Shown here piece by piece: positions 26,846-38,331 of a DNA stretch of 49,429 bases (its first letter is position 1; every line of letters starts with the position of its first letter). Where the stretch lies: the NCBI RefSeq assembly GCF_000181795.1, contig NW_003526944.1, positions 2,869,504 through 2,918,932 of the forward strand. The letters are read 5' to 3'. The notes below the pieces were generated by a model. That model searched no databases and was not told the origin of the DNA. It saw nothing but the letters and a program-made list of their open reading frames with translations. This stretch comes from Trichinella spiralis (taxonomy: Eukaryota). The translations under genes and the position numbers were made by a program.

Positions 26846-28547
26846 ATGGAAATTGAAAGCGCTTTTGATGATTTTGAAGTTTTGCTTTCGAAATATATAG
26901 AAAAACATGAAGCATTAAAAGTAAGCTTTTCGGTTTAGATAAAGCAATCAATCGAAAATTTATATTAATGTTTTCATTTAGGAACGACTAGATATCAGTG
27001 AACAGTCTGCTAAGTTGAGGACAGACGAAATTTTACAATACAAGAAGGAAATAGTATATTAAAGAAGAAACAGCAACTTTTAATCCACGTAAATTATATG
27101 CAATAAATTATAGAATAAATTGAACGGTGAGATTGAGGAACAGTCTGTAAAGCTGAACTGTGAATTGTTGCGTGTTCGAAATGAATACGAAGAACGGGAA
27201 CAATATCTCGCTGTCCAGCTCGTAAAAAAAGCGGAAGCTTGTTGATTTATTCTGTCATATTAAGCGCTTTCAGTTAATTTAGCAAAGAAAGTCCATATTA
27301 CTAGAAGCATTAGAAAAAGAAATTTCTTGGCTTAAGAAAGAGCTGATGGATCATAAGGTTGTTTTCCATTTTAATTTTTTTAATATAAAATTCTGTGTGA
27401 ATGCAGCTGGAAAAGATGGAAGCTGACCAAACAAAAGCCGACTTACAAGTGCAGTTAAATGATGCCGAGGATGTGAAGAAAGCACTGCATGAGACTGTGG
27501 AAAATTTTGATTATCGTTCGAAAGTTTTGCACGACCAATGCGTAAACGTCGAGGAAAAAGTGAAAACATTAGCATCTGTCGGTAAGCTTGTTTATAGAGA
27601 AACAGACGTTTTAATGTCAACCCTAGCTTTTAACTTTCAGTGGAACAGTCAGCAGATTTGTACAAAAAACTTGAAAACGCTTTCAAAGTGCAACAGATTG
27701 ACATGAGAGATCTGGAAAACGAGAAAAATCGACTTCACGATGAACTGACCAAGGCGAGAGGTGATTTAAATAACTTTCAAATGAAAGATGCTTTAAACAA
27801 AGTTTCGAACCATTTTTCGAAAACAAGAAATGGAAGAAAGGTTTGTGCATTCATTAAATCATGCGTTGAATTTACAAAACGCTGGTGAATTGCTTTGAGA
27901 TTCCATTGAATTTGATATCCACTTTTGTAACATTGAATACTGTGAAAAATTAAATTGGAAATAATTTAAAACATCATTTTCAGTTAAATATGAACAATGA
28001 TAACGCACAAGAACGTTGTGAAGAACTGCTGAAAGAAAATCAAGTAGGCTTTGAATTGATTTTAAATTTGATTGTTATTTTGTATTTTATAATTGATATC
28101 AGACATTGAATGCACTGTTAATGGAAAGTCAGCAATTGATTAAAGCGCAGCTAAATTTCAAAGAGAACGCGGAAAATGAAATTGAACGTCTTCGTAGAGA
28201 ATTGAACAGAATTTCAAAAGATACAGTTATATTTGCTGATCATAAGGTGGTTAATAATTCGCTTAAGATGATTAAGTTTTGTTATCTGTTATTCATTTGA
28301 ACAACATTTTCATTATTTCATTCAGGTTGAAAATTTGGAAGCGAAATATTGTGAAGAATGTCAAAAATGTATGGTTCAAATTGAGCAGTTGCAAGCGAAA
28401 ATTACAAGCTTCATCGCAAATGAAGAAGAAAGCCGAAATGAAGCGCAACAACTTCGAATACGCCTACAAGCAGCCGAGCGCAAACTTGCCAAATTGAATT
28501 CAGTTCTATCATTCAACACTTTAACTGATGTTAAGGCGGAAAAATGA
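26846..28547 (+). CDS. Uncharacterized all-coiled-coil protein, about 9 exons, roughly 360 aa
   Basis: ATG at 26846 (MEIESAFDDFEVLLSKYIEKHEALK). Successive short GT-AG introns keep an E/K/Q/L-rich heptad frame open to TGA at 28545-28547. No family recognised. Confidence 0.75.
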
Positions 28548-29427
28548 ATTTTTATTAGAAATTAATTTTTTCATGTTAATTTTTGTTTGAAATTATGTTT
28601 TTGTTGTTGTTTGTTTGTTTTTTTATGATAAAATTTTTTGTCATTTTTTTCATTTTTTGCACTATTTTAAGTTAAAAATTGACAATAAAAAATATTAATT
28701 AAATTTTTTAACGTTATAAATTATACTTAATATTAATCTATTATGTACTATTCAAATTATAGCAATTACAGTATGCATGGATTAATTTCTTTGTATCATA
28801 CTGTAATTTGATGTTTGAAAAAGTTGCATAATACTCACCTTAACAGTATGGTTTATTTTTTTATGAATAGAAACAGATTTTATTCTGAGGCACGACTTTG
28901 TATGAACTTTAGGCTTTAGCAATTAATATGTCTAGTAATAAACTATGAGGCTATTATTTTGCAGTTATATTAAAAGTATTATCTAAATGTTTGACAGTTT
29001 GAAGTATGCAAGTTGTTTACATTCCGAATGTGTTGTTGTAACATTTGACTTATTTTAAATTTTGATTCAGTGCAATTTCACTTTAAAATGATTTTGATCA
29101 TTTATCTAAGTATTAAGCTGAATTCTGTATTGAAAATGATTCATTTTTTCACTCTCGTTCTATCCGTGGGCTGCACATTCGTTTCAGGGCAGCATCGTTG
29201 GCGCTAAAGTTGAAATTTCCAAATTGCTTTTGTTTTGTTAGTTTAGTATTTTTTTTGAAAAATACTTTCTGGTCATTAAAAGTCTATATATTATTTGTAA
29301 AATTTGAATTTTGATGATGATAGTTATTTGTTATTCGTTATGTATGATAAATGTTATTTTCGAGTTAATTTTTGAGAACATGAATACATTTCTTTTTTGT
29401 CAAATGGTTTAGATAATCGTTATCATC

Positions 29428-29783
29428 ATGTCGTATCGTCAAGGTGGCCAACCAAAAGTTCAAAAGGTTATGGTACAACCGATAAATTTGGTCTTCCGAT
29501 TTCTTCAGAGTCACTGTCGCGTTCAGTTTTGGCTTTATGAAAACACTCACTTACGCATCGACGGTTACATAGTTGGTAAGATTACGAAATTAGAATATTT
29601 TTACAGTTTTTTAAGCATTGTGATTGTCATTTCTATTTCGCATTTTTAGGATTCGATGAATTCATGAACATCGTGTTGGAAGAAGCAGAAGAAGTTGACT
29701 TGAAATCCAAACAACGGCGTCAAATTGGTCGCATATTACTTAAAGGCGAATGCATTACTCTTATCCAAGCGCTGCATACATAA
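29428..29783 (+). CDS. SNRPE: Small nuclear ribonucleoprotein E (SmE), exons 29428-29575 and 29650-29783
   Basis: [63 protein letters not shown]. Confidence 0.97.
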
Positions 29784-30535
29784 ATTACAAGTTTCATTTG
29801 CGGCATATTGTGAAACTTTAAAATCTTAATAACAAATTTCTGAAACTTTATTCTGTAAAATGCATTTCAAAGAATAAAGCAGTCTCGCTAAACTAAATTG
29901 TTATATTTGCCAAATTTAAATTAGTGAATCATTTTTGTTTATGATTTCTTCTATCACTTGAGCAGTTATATGTATCATTTGTTATCTAAATATTTTCACA
30001 GATAAACTAAGAAGCTTTCATTGTTTTGCTAACACTGGATGAATTACGGTGTCTTTGTGCACCTGAAAATCAAGGTTTTTTTTACCGTATTGGTAATATT
30101 TTTTATTTTTTTGTTATTTCAATCAATGTCAACCTATTTTATATAATAACTTAACTTCATAGCATTTATTTTTATGTTTTTAATTTATATTTGTACATTT
30201 GGGAAGAATGTAATAAATTTGCTGTTGATCCAAAAATATTGCGCAAGTCAGTTTCACAGAAGACAATATACGATGATCTATGAAGCACATTTAATTAGGT
30301 ATAACAATCTTGATAAGACTTTACTTCCCATTTCTTTAAGTACGCATACTGTAAAACTGTGAAAATGAAACAGTTTAATAAGTGAAACAAAGACATTGAC
30401 CAAACAAGGTAATTCTAATTTTTTATCAAAGAACTTTATTAATTTAGTTTATTTAGGTTTAATTGACAGTTTAATTTATTATTTGGGTAAACGTTTAAGT
30501 GTTGATTTGCGAACTGACACCGTGATTCACTGACA

Positions 30536-31060
30536 ATGCTTTCCGAAGAAAAATGTTTTGAGGAAGCGTTTACTTTAGCAAGAAAGGCACTCTCAATAGG
30601 AGAAGTTCCAGTGGGGTGCGTTCTGCTTTATGAAAATGTGATCATCGGTCGCGGGCATAACAGGGTGAATTTTTACAAAAATGCTTGTCGGCATGCTGAG
30701 ATGGAAGCTTTTGATGAAGCTTTTTTATGGTGTAAAGCTAACTGTTTCTCCTTTAATGATGTTTTTCTAAAAACAACATTATTTGTTACTTGTGAGCCAT
30801 GTATGATGTGCGCAGCTTTGATTTGCAAAATGCAACTGAAACGAGTTGTATACGGCTGTCCGAATGATAGATTTGGCGGCTTCGGTTCTGTGTTGGACGT
30901 GAAAGAAACATTTGGTCATACGTTTCCATCAGAAATAGTGGCAAACTATCGGAAAGATGAATCGGTGAAATTGCTGCAAATCTTTTACGAAAGCGGTAAT
31001 CCTAATGCCCCTGAACCGAAAGCCAAAAGGAAGAAGAATACCAGTATTGGTCAAAACTAA
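30536..31060 (+). CDS. ADAT2: tRNA-specific adenosine deaminase 2 (ADAT2/Tad2), intronless CDS
   Basis: GEVPVGCV, HAE, VTCEPCMMC, VYGCPNDRFGGFGSV and FYESGNPNAPEPK. Confidence 0.93.
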   Translation: MLSEEKCFEEAFTLARKALSIGEVPVGCVLLYENVIIGRGHNRVNFYKNACRHAEMEAFDEAFLWCKANCFSFNDVFLKTTLFVTCEPCMMCAALICKMQLKRVVYGCPNDRFGGFGSVLDVKETFGHTFPSEIVANYRKDESVKLLQIFYESGNPNAPEPKAKRKKNTSIGQN

Positions 31061-32891
31061 ATTTATTTAAAGCTTTCGATGTTTTCATTATTTTTTTGAA
31101 ACTTTATATCCTGATGCTACATTGTTGGTGCCCGACAGCGATAGGAAAGTACTTTTAAAAAGTAGAATTTATTATTATGGGGGCGCAGTAGGTTTATTAG
31201 TAATTTAATTTCTGTTTCTTTCTTCAATTTTACATTTATTGTATTCTGAAGTAAAAGCCTTTTAGTATAGCAGTGAATTTCAACACCAGAGATTATAATT
31301 TTATTATTTAATATTAAATTTGATTTGTTCTGAAAAAAGATTTTCAGGTTTAATTGCTACTGTTGGTCGATTATATTTTTGAACAAATAGTATGAACACA
31401 TTGTAATGGCATAGCTTTTAGAAAATGTTATGATAATGTTTTCAATCTTCACCACTCAACAGCCATTTTTGTTTTGATGGGTATAATAATTATGATTTTC
31501 ATCGTTTTACAATTTACGTTTTTAGTTATCTTACCCTTTGGTGAGCTAGTTTACTCTAACAATCTTACAGTTACTACTATATTTTTGACGTAGTTGTGGT
31601 GTTCTTGAAAAATTGCAGTTAAAGTTCATTGAGTTTTGGTCGATTTTTTTAGTTATTTTCTTTTGTTGAATACCATTGTATATTTTTCTATATTTTATTA
31701 CGTATTCTTCTGGCATTTGCATTTGCATGTATAGTTTTTTTTTCATTTTATTATAGATGTTGATTTACCATTACTATAATAATATAACTGTTATGTAATA
31801 ATAGGTTGATTTAAAGACATTCATATTTGATGTTTTCAGCAGTGAAAAAAAGATTTTTCATATATACAGTATGAAATATGTAAAGTACAATTTTTAATAT
31901 CACAGTATCTTTTTTCAATCACTGTTTAAGCAGTTTTTAAACAGCTTTTAAATGAATTATTAAGATTTTGAAGGTTGATATGCGAGATGAAAATGGAAAG
32001 GCGTTGATTGGTTTCATGCTTTAAATTGTAATGGTTAGATTTATAATGCGAGTATGTGGCAGTGAATTTCGATTGAATTATTAATGAATATGACTGTTGA
32101 AGAAAAGCATTATTTCTTAGTACTGCGTTTTGTTAAAATTAATGCGATGATGTGAATTCCCTGAGTTTCTCTTGCTGAAGGGGTTTTAACTCGTTAAATA
32201 GCTTTTTGAAGAATTTTCCACTTATAGTGTTGAATTTTGATGGGTTCTTTTCTGTTGGCTTTTGATTTGTTCTCGCGACCAGTTTGGCGAAAGCTTAAAA
32301 TATTCGATACTGAAGTTCAGTTTGAAACTAGTTATCCTCATTCGTGGTACGTTTCGGCACTTGTTGTTCTGTAATTCTGGTATGTAGTTCAAATTTGAGG
32401 CATACTAGAATAAAGGTATTCGGTATTTTGTTATTCTTTTTGGATAAGAACGTTTTTTTTCTGCAAATGCTTCGAACGTGATCAAGCAATGTATCAAGCA
32501 ACTTTTTTTTCTGGAAAAATTGGAAATCAATACAAATTTTGCATGCAGAGTTCGATTTTTTGTCACTTGATGCAGTTTCTATAGAAAATTATTGACCATG
32601 GAAATGCGGTTTCTTTTGGTCAAATTGTTTGCAATTGGAATTAGCCGTTACGTTTTTGTTATTTGCAAACTAGCTACGGTTTGATAAATTTCTCTTGAAA
32701 CATTATCAAATTTCAGCACGCAGTATCTTTTTGATACATTTATACATGAACTGATGAATTGTTGCTGTTGGTGGTGGTTTCAAAGGCTTTGCGCGTTTGT
32801 ATTGACATGAAGAAAGTTCATTAATTTAATGTTGTTTCAGTTTTGCATTCTTTCTGCCTTACATTGATCAGGAGCTATAAATAAAGTTCTT

Positions 32892-33347
32892 ATGGATAAT
32901 GAGGCAGTGTTGAATTCTGTTCCCGAAAAAGACGTTCTCCAATGCGTATCGGCAATGCACGATCCACATCACAGATGCATGAATCCGCCATCGCCGTTGA
33001 TTACAAAGCGTGAGCGTCGTCCATCGTTGTGCGAACGGGCGGCCTCGGGTCCGGTCCACTACGGTCGAGTGAGGTACTTTTGCCGCGAACGCGGCCACGG
33101 CTACATCACCCCTTTGGACCAGAACCCCGCTGGTGAAGATATCTTCGTGCACATTTCCGACGTCGAAGGCGACTACGCTCCCCACGACGGTGACGAAGTC
33201 ACGTACAAGCTTTGCCCGATACCGCCGAAATTTGAAAAAATGCAAGCCGTGCACGTTGTGCTGCGCAACTTGGTTGCCGGCGTGAAGCACGAACGCTGGG
33301 ATCAGCCAATCTCGCATCCCTGCCACACCCCCGACTCGCATCCTTGA
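32892..33347 (+). CDS. CARHSP1: Calcium-regulated heat-stable protein 1 / CSDC2 cold-shock-domain protein
   Basis: PSPLITKRERRPS, FCRERGHGYITP, DIFVHISDVEGDY, DEVTYKLCPIPPKFEKMQAVHV and HERW. Confidence 0.92.
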   Translation: MDNEAVLNSVPEKDVLQCVSAMHDPHHRCMNPPSPLITKRERRPSLCERAASGPVHYGRVRYFCRERGHGYITPLDQNPAGEDIFVHISDVEGDYAPHDGDEVTYKLCPIPPKFEKMQAVHVVLRNLVAGVKHERWDQPISHPCHTPDSHP

Positions 33348-34647
33348 TCATTCAGGCAGCAACACATTGCACTGTTGTTTGTAATGAATAATTTTTTCAC
33401 CGCATGCTTGTGAATTGCAAATTTTCACCAACCAACTCCACTACTGAACGCACCAGTCGTTCTTATTCTGATAATTATTATTCTTGCACGTAACGTTCTG
33501 CTGTTTCTTTTGTGCTTTTTTTCTTCTTACACTGCTTTGTACGTGACAGTGCAATTTTCACATTAAAATCAGTCCTTGCTGCTGCTGGTGAAAGATGTTT
33601 ATCTATCTGAAAATGAATAAACAATTTTCCCTTCCGACCGTGTGGGAAGTGATCTTCGCGTTCTGTGACGTCGGTAAACTAAATCTCATCAATCGACAAC
33701 GCTACAGTATGTTGTGAAGTTGATCTTGATTTGAACCTTTTTTTCACTAATGAAATTATGTTAAATATGAGTAGGGATTAATTTCTTTTTTTAATTTGAA
33801 AAGGGAAAATCACTTGTATGTTGCCAATTTTAATGCATTAAATATGCGAAATATTCTCATCTCTCTCGGATGCAAATGTTGTTCACTTGATGAATTCAAT
33901 TTCCATATTTTCCACTACAAAAACCAACAGATAAAACAGAAGAAGAAGATAATAATGCTTCTTCATTTATTATCATGTTTGTTGTTTAATTTTATTTTTG
34001 TTGAAATGAACAGAACAAATAATATTTTCCTGCAGTGGAGGATAAATTTCAGTTCTACATTGTCAATATTTGCAAGCAAGCATTCTAGCGCAGAAGATGA
34101 ATAGATCAATTCACACAAAGTGCATCTATTAGCAATCAGCAAACAAGCAGTACTTTTTGCGATGCTTCCTTTCATTGAATTGAAAAAATTATCATGTGTT
34201 GTGATTGGAATGTATAATTACACGACGTGTAATAATAATAATAATAATATTCATCTTTTGCGTGAAAAATTGTTTCAAATTATTACCTGCTCGATTATGG
34301 CGTTTTCATTAGAAAATAATTATTCGGCCTACGTGTGTTTGCATAGTTTAAGATATTATTTTTTCTTTTGCGTAATTCGAGGCATCTCGGAAAATGTCGA
34401 CCTTGAATAATATGTTTCGTTTGATTCAAAAAAAAATTTAAAATTAAAGATTCTCGTTACTCACTGAAATATTAATCATCGTCAACAAAGGCGTGACCAG
34501 TGGGAGGTATTTTTATTATAAAATTTTTTGTTTAGCGCAAATGTTGTTTACTGAATGCGTCGTTGAATTGTGAACCGGGAAAACACTGCAAAAGTGATCA
34601 GTTGATATCAGAGAGCAACTGAATGTATATTTATTCCGTCAGGTAAT

Positions 34648-34693
34648 TCACGTGAAATAGCTGCATTCTTTTGTTTATCCTACGAAGCACGTG
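34648..34693. promoter_or_regulatory. Pair of CACGTG E-boxes upstream of the ADH-like gene
   Basis: TCACGTGA at 34648-34655 and GCACGTGC at 34687-34694, near putative 5'UTR donor sites. Confidence 0.4.
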
Positions 34694-36785
34694 CTTGCTT
34701 TCCTAACGTGAAGCTTTTAAATGTTGAAATTTCACGACTACCGGATCAGTTTGCAATAGCAATCACTCTTCAAATTAGCACTGCCTGAAAGTGTTTTGGT
34801 AAGCTTTTTTACCATTAATTATTATTATTATGCTTATTTATTTTCTTTTAAATAATTTATCCACATAATTATAACCTTGATACAACTTGGAAAAGTTTTA
34901 TTAATTTTGCTTCATTGTGTCGATCAATTTCTTGTCATTCCAAAAGACTCGGTTACTTTATCTTATTTTGATTATTCTTAATTTACTAGAAATACTTGTA
35001 GTATCAACATGTCACAATTTAGTATTAAATTTAATTTAACCTCAATTTGGGGCAGAAGGCATGTTCAACTGATATTTTTGAATTGATTCAGTGCTGATTT
35101 TTTACACATTACTTGAAAACTTCAATTGTAGCGAACAAAAAGGATTAATTTCATTTGACAGTTTTTTTAATAAATGAACTTTTGTTGTTTCAAAAGAGAA
35201 AACAGAAATTATAATTTGGAAAAAAAAATCAAATGCAACACTTCATATTGTTCAATTCCTTGTTTGCAGTGTTATATATTTTTTGTTGGAGGGGCTGTTT
35301 AAGGAGCAATTTTTCCAGTCTATTCTCACAAACCTGTTCAATTTGAAAGTGTTCCACGTCCGACTGCTGCTGCTTTGTGCAGCGTTCAGTACAATTTTAC
35401 CCCGAAGGCTATTCAGCTTGTCTTACAAAAATATAAACTTCCTTTTCGTGCGCAAACTTATTTTTCGCTTCATTTTCACCAACCATCAACAGCCTTGTTG
35501 AGCACGTTCTGCAAATTTGCCATCTTTCTAAAAAAATTTTTCTCAGCTTGCTTTGTAAGTTGTTTTGTTCTTGATTTGGTTCTTTTTATTTAAAAAATTT
35601 TTCATTTTAATTCCTTTTTGATAATTTTATACTTCCTTTGTTCAAATTTACAATGTACAAATCATCGCATACTTGAAAATCTTTATTGTATTGTTGTAAC
35701 AAAAAAAAATTCTTCTACGTACTTTATATTACAAAAGAACAGTTAAGATTATTTTTAAAAAATAATAAAAACATTACTGATATTTTCAAATTTTTTAATT
35801 TTATAATTTTTGTTGAATTATGCGTGCACAGTTACAGTCATGCTTGACTTATAATCATGTTCAATTTCTTTTTTCAACTATTCCAAAAACTTTACTTTTG
35901 CCATTTACCATTTTCAGATGTTTTTTTTTCAATTTGTTTCTGTTTGTTTGTCAAAAAATGACATGAATTGTAATTTAATGAAAATATTCAATATATTGAA
36001 TACTCAAGCAACTAAATTTTCCCCGACTGGCACTACCCAGAAATGCAAGTCGAATGTTTTTTTCTGCTTTATGTCAAATCAATGATTGTTATTGATAAAA
36101 GAAACTTTTCTTTGGTTATTACAATGATGATTGTATCGGGCAATATTTTCAAACTCACGTACGATCTCATTGCAACCAGAACCAACAGAAGCGTCATTGA
36201 AATTGGTGTCAAGTTGAACTGACAGATTGATTTGATTTTTATGTGGAACAGAAAAAATTATTCATTATTATTTAAATTTATTATGTAAAATGTGATGAGT
36301 ATCTGTGGAAATTTTGTCAGTATTAATGGAGAAGCAGATTTCAGTCGACATTCTCTCCAGGTTGATTTGTAAAATTACGTAAGCAGAATGTTATGCAAAG
36401 TTTCTGTATAAAGTTTATTACATCTGAAAAGCACAGTCAATAGAATTTATTGACCATCAATTAATCAATCATGATGATGATGATGATGTTGTTGTTGTTG
36501 TTGTTGTTGCCAGTTGCTCGTCTGTTCTCCTGGAATGAACACATCAGCTTATGTGTTTCGTCGATGTCATTTGTTTGTTGCAGCTGTGGTTGCAACGAAA
36601 TTTCAAATTTCGTTCGACAAATTAGAATCAGAATTGATTTTAAAGATTATTTTTCACTGTTTTTCTTCGTCAATATTCAAATTTTAATGATTGTCATTTT
36701 TCAATATTTAGGTGCTAATCATCGGTCGACACTTTTCACAAACACCAACAAAGCTGACTTTCTTTGTCGCTAATATCCGCATAAA

Positions 36786-38296
36786 ATGAACGTCAAGCCA
36801 ATGTCAAAACAGGTATGTAAACAAAATTGTTTTACACAAACGTAATAATCAATTCAGTGCGTATAAAATTTGCAAATCTCTTCTCCTTTCCGCTTTGTAT
36901 TAAACTTTAAACTTTTAAAGTATGTACTTTCCTTTCAGTAGCTAATGTTTTTTTGCTTAGTTGTCCTCTTATTACACAACTGTGAAAAATGTATTTCGAA
37001 AAATTGATCAATTGATTTGAAATATTAAAACATGGTACTTGAATTTTTAAAACTGTAAGTTTTTAAATTATGAAGCACTGCGCAACGTGTTTTTACTGCC
37101 AATTTTTACACCGGTGGCGTGTATTCAAGAAAGCTATATACATTTCCATGAGTTTGATCTCAGAAAAGCCTGACAACTGCAACAAAATTAGCGGACAGTT
37201 TGTATTCTTTTTTTTAACTTTTGAAAGATGATTTTCATGGACAATAGATTTGAAATTGATTTTGCTCGTCAACAAGCTCTTCTCTTCATGTTGATTATAA
37301 ATCTTACATTGATAATGGCAGTATTTTGCATTTGAATTGAATGTCATTCATTGATCAGAATTGACATAGGCGAACATTTATTTTCCGGCTCATTTTTTAT
37401 GACTTCATTTCTTATTGTTTGAAAAGCTTATGTATATTCATTTATTCTTTTCCTGTTGCACTATGGTTGTAGTATATTTGCATTTGGACATCATATCAGC
37501 TTCATCAGAATGCATCTTTCTTTTTTCTTTTTGATTTCATTCATAAAAAATTTTCTTTCATTTTCAGTAGATAAATACATGGCATGCGTTTCTACTGTGT
37601 GCAAATTGTGCACGACCAATCGGAGTTTTATTACTGTTAATCAAAAGTTTGCGCGCTTATTGTAGCATAGGTCAATTTTTTGAAAATGAAACAATATTTG
37701 TACTTTAAAATTTTAAAATGCATACTGTATTCTTCAGTGGAGAGGATGGGCTTTTGTGCGCTGAGTTTGATGGTCCGTTTGACTTTGTTGAATTGCGACT
37801 GTGATGTTCTTGTACACAATTTGACAGTTGTGTTTTTACATTTTGTTGGTTTTTTAAATTTTTTTTTCTTCACACGTCAATTTTCATCCAATCAACAACC
37901 GATTCTACCATTTCAAATGCACGAATTTATTTAGTTATTATGTTTTTTGGTTGTTCAATTGATTTGACAAATAAGTGATTCATTTTATTGCAGTTAATTA
38001 GTTTCATAATGGTTGCAGTTTTGATATTTTGCAATTTCAACATTTTTCCGGGTATTTCCAGACAGAATCCCACTCGTCTTGTTGCTTTGTGAAAGGTTGT
38101 GCCGCTCTGTATCTGTTGTTGTTATTTCTATTTCTACTTGTTGTGTATATTCTGCTCGTGTTTGCTGGATTCTGTTTTTGAATCCTTTGGAAAAGCGAGA
38201 ATAGAAAAGCAAGCGTTCGTTCGTTTGGTTTGTTGTTTTTATGCAGAATGCTAACGCCGATTTGTCAGCACTTTTTCCTGTCTGTCTGTCTGTCTA

Positions 38297-38331
<35 letters not shown>

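Noticed and set aside
32145..32180. ATGATG..CTGA as a C/D snoRNA
   Set aside because: Imperfect box C, boxes too close together, no terminal stem or evident guide.
36471..36773. MMMMMMLLLLLLL signal-peptide-like ORF
   Set aside because: Produced by (ATG)n(TTG)n microsatellites in non-coding DNA; the remainder is intron-like.
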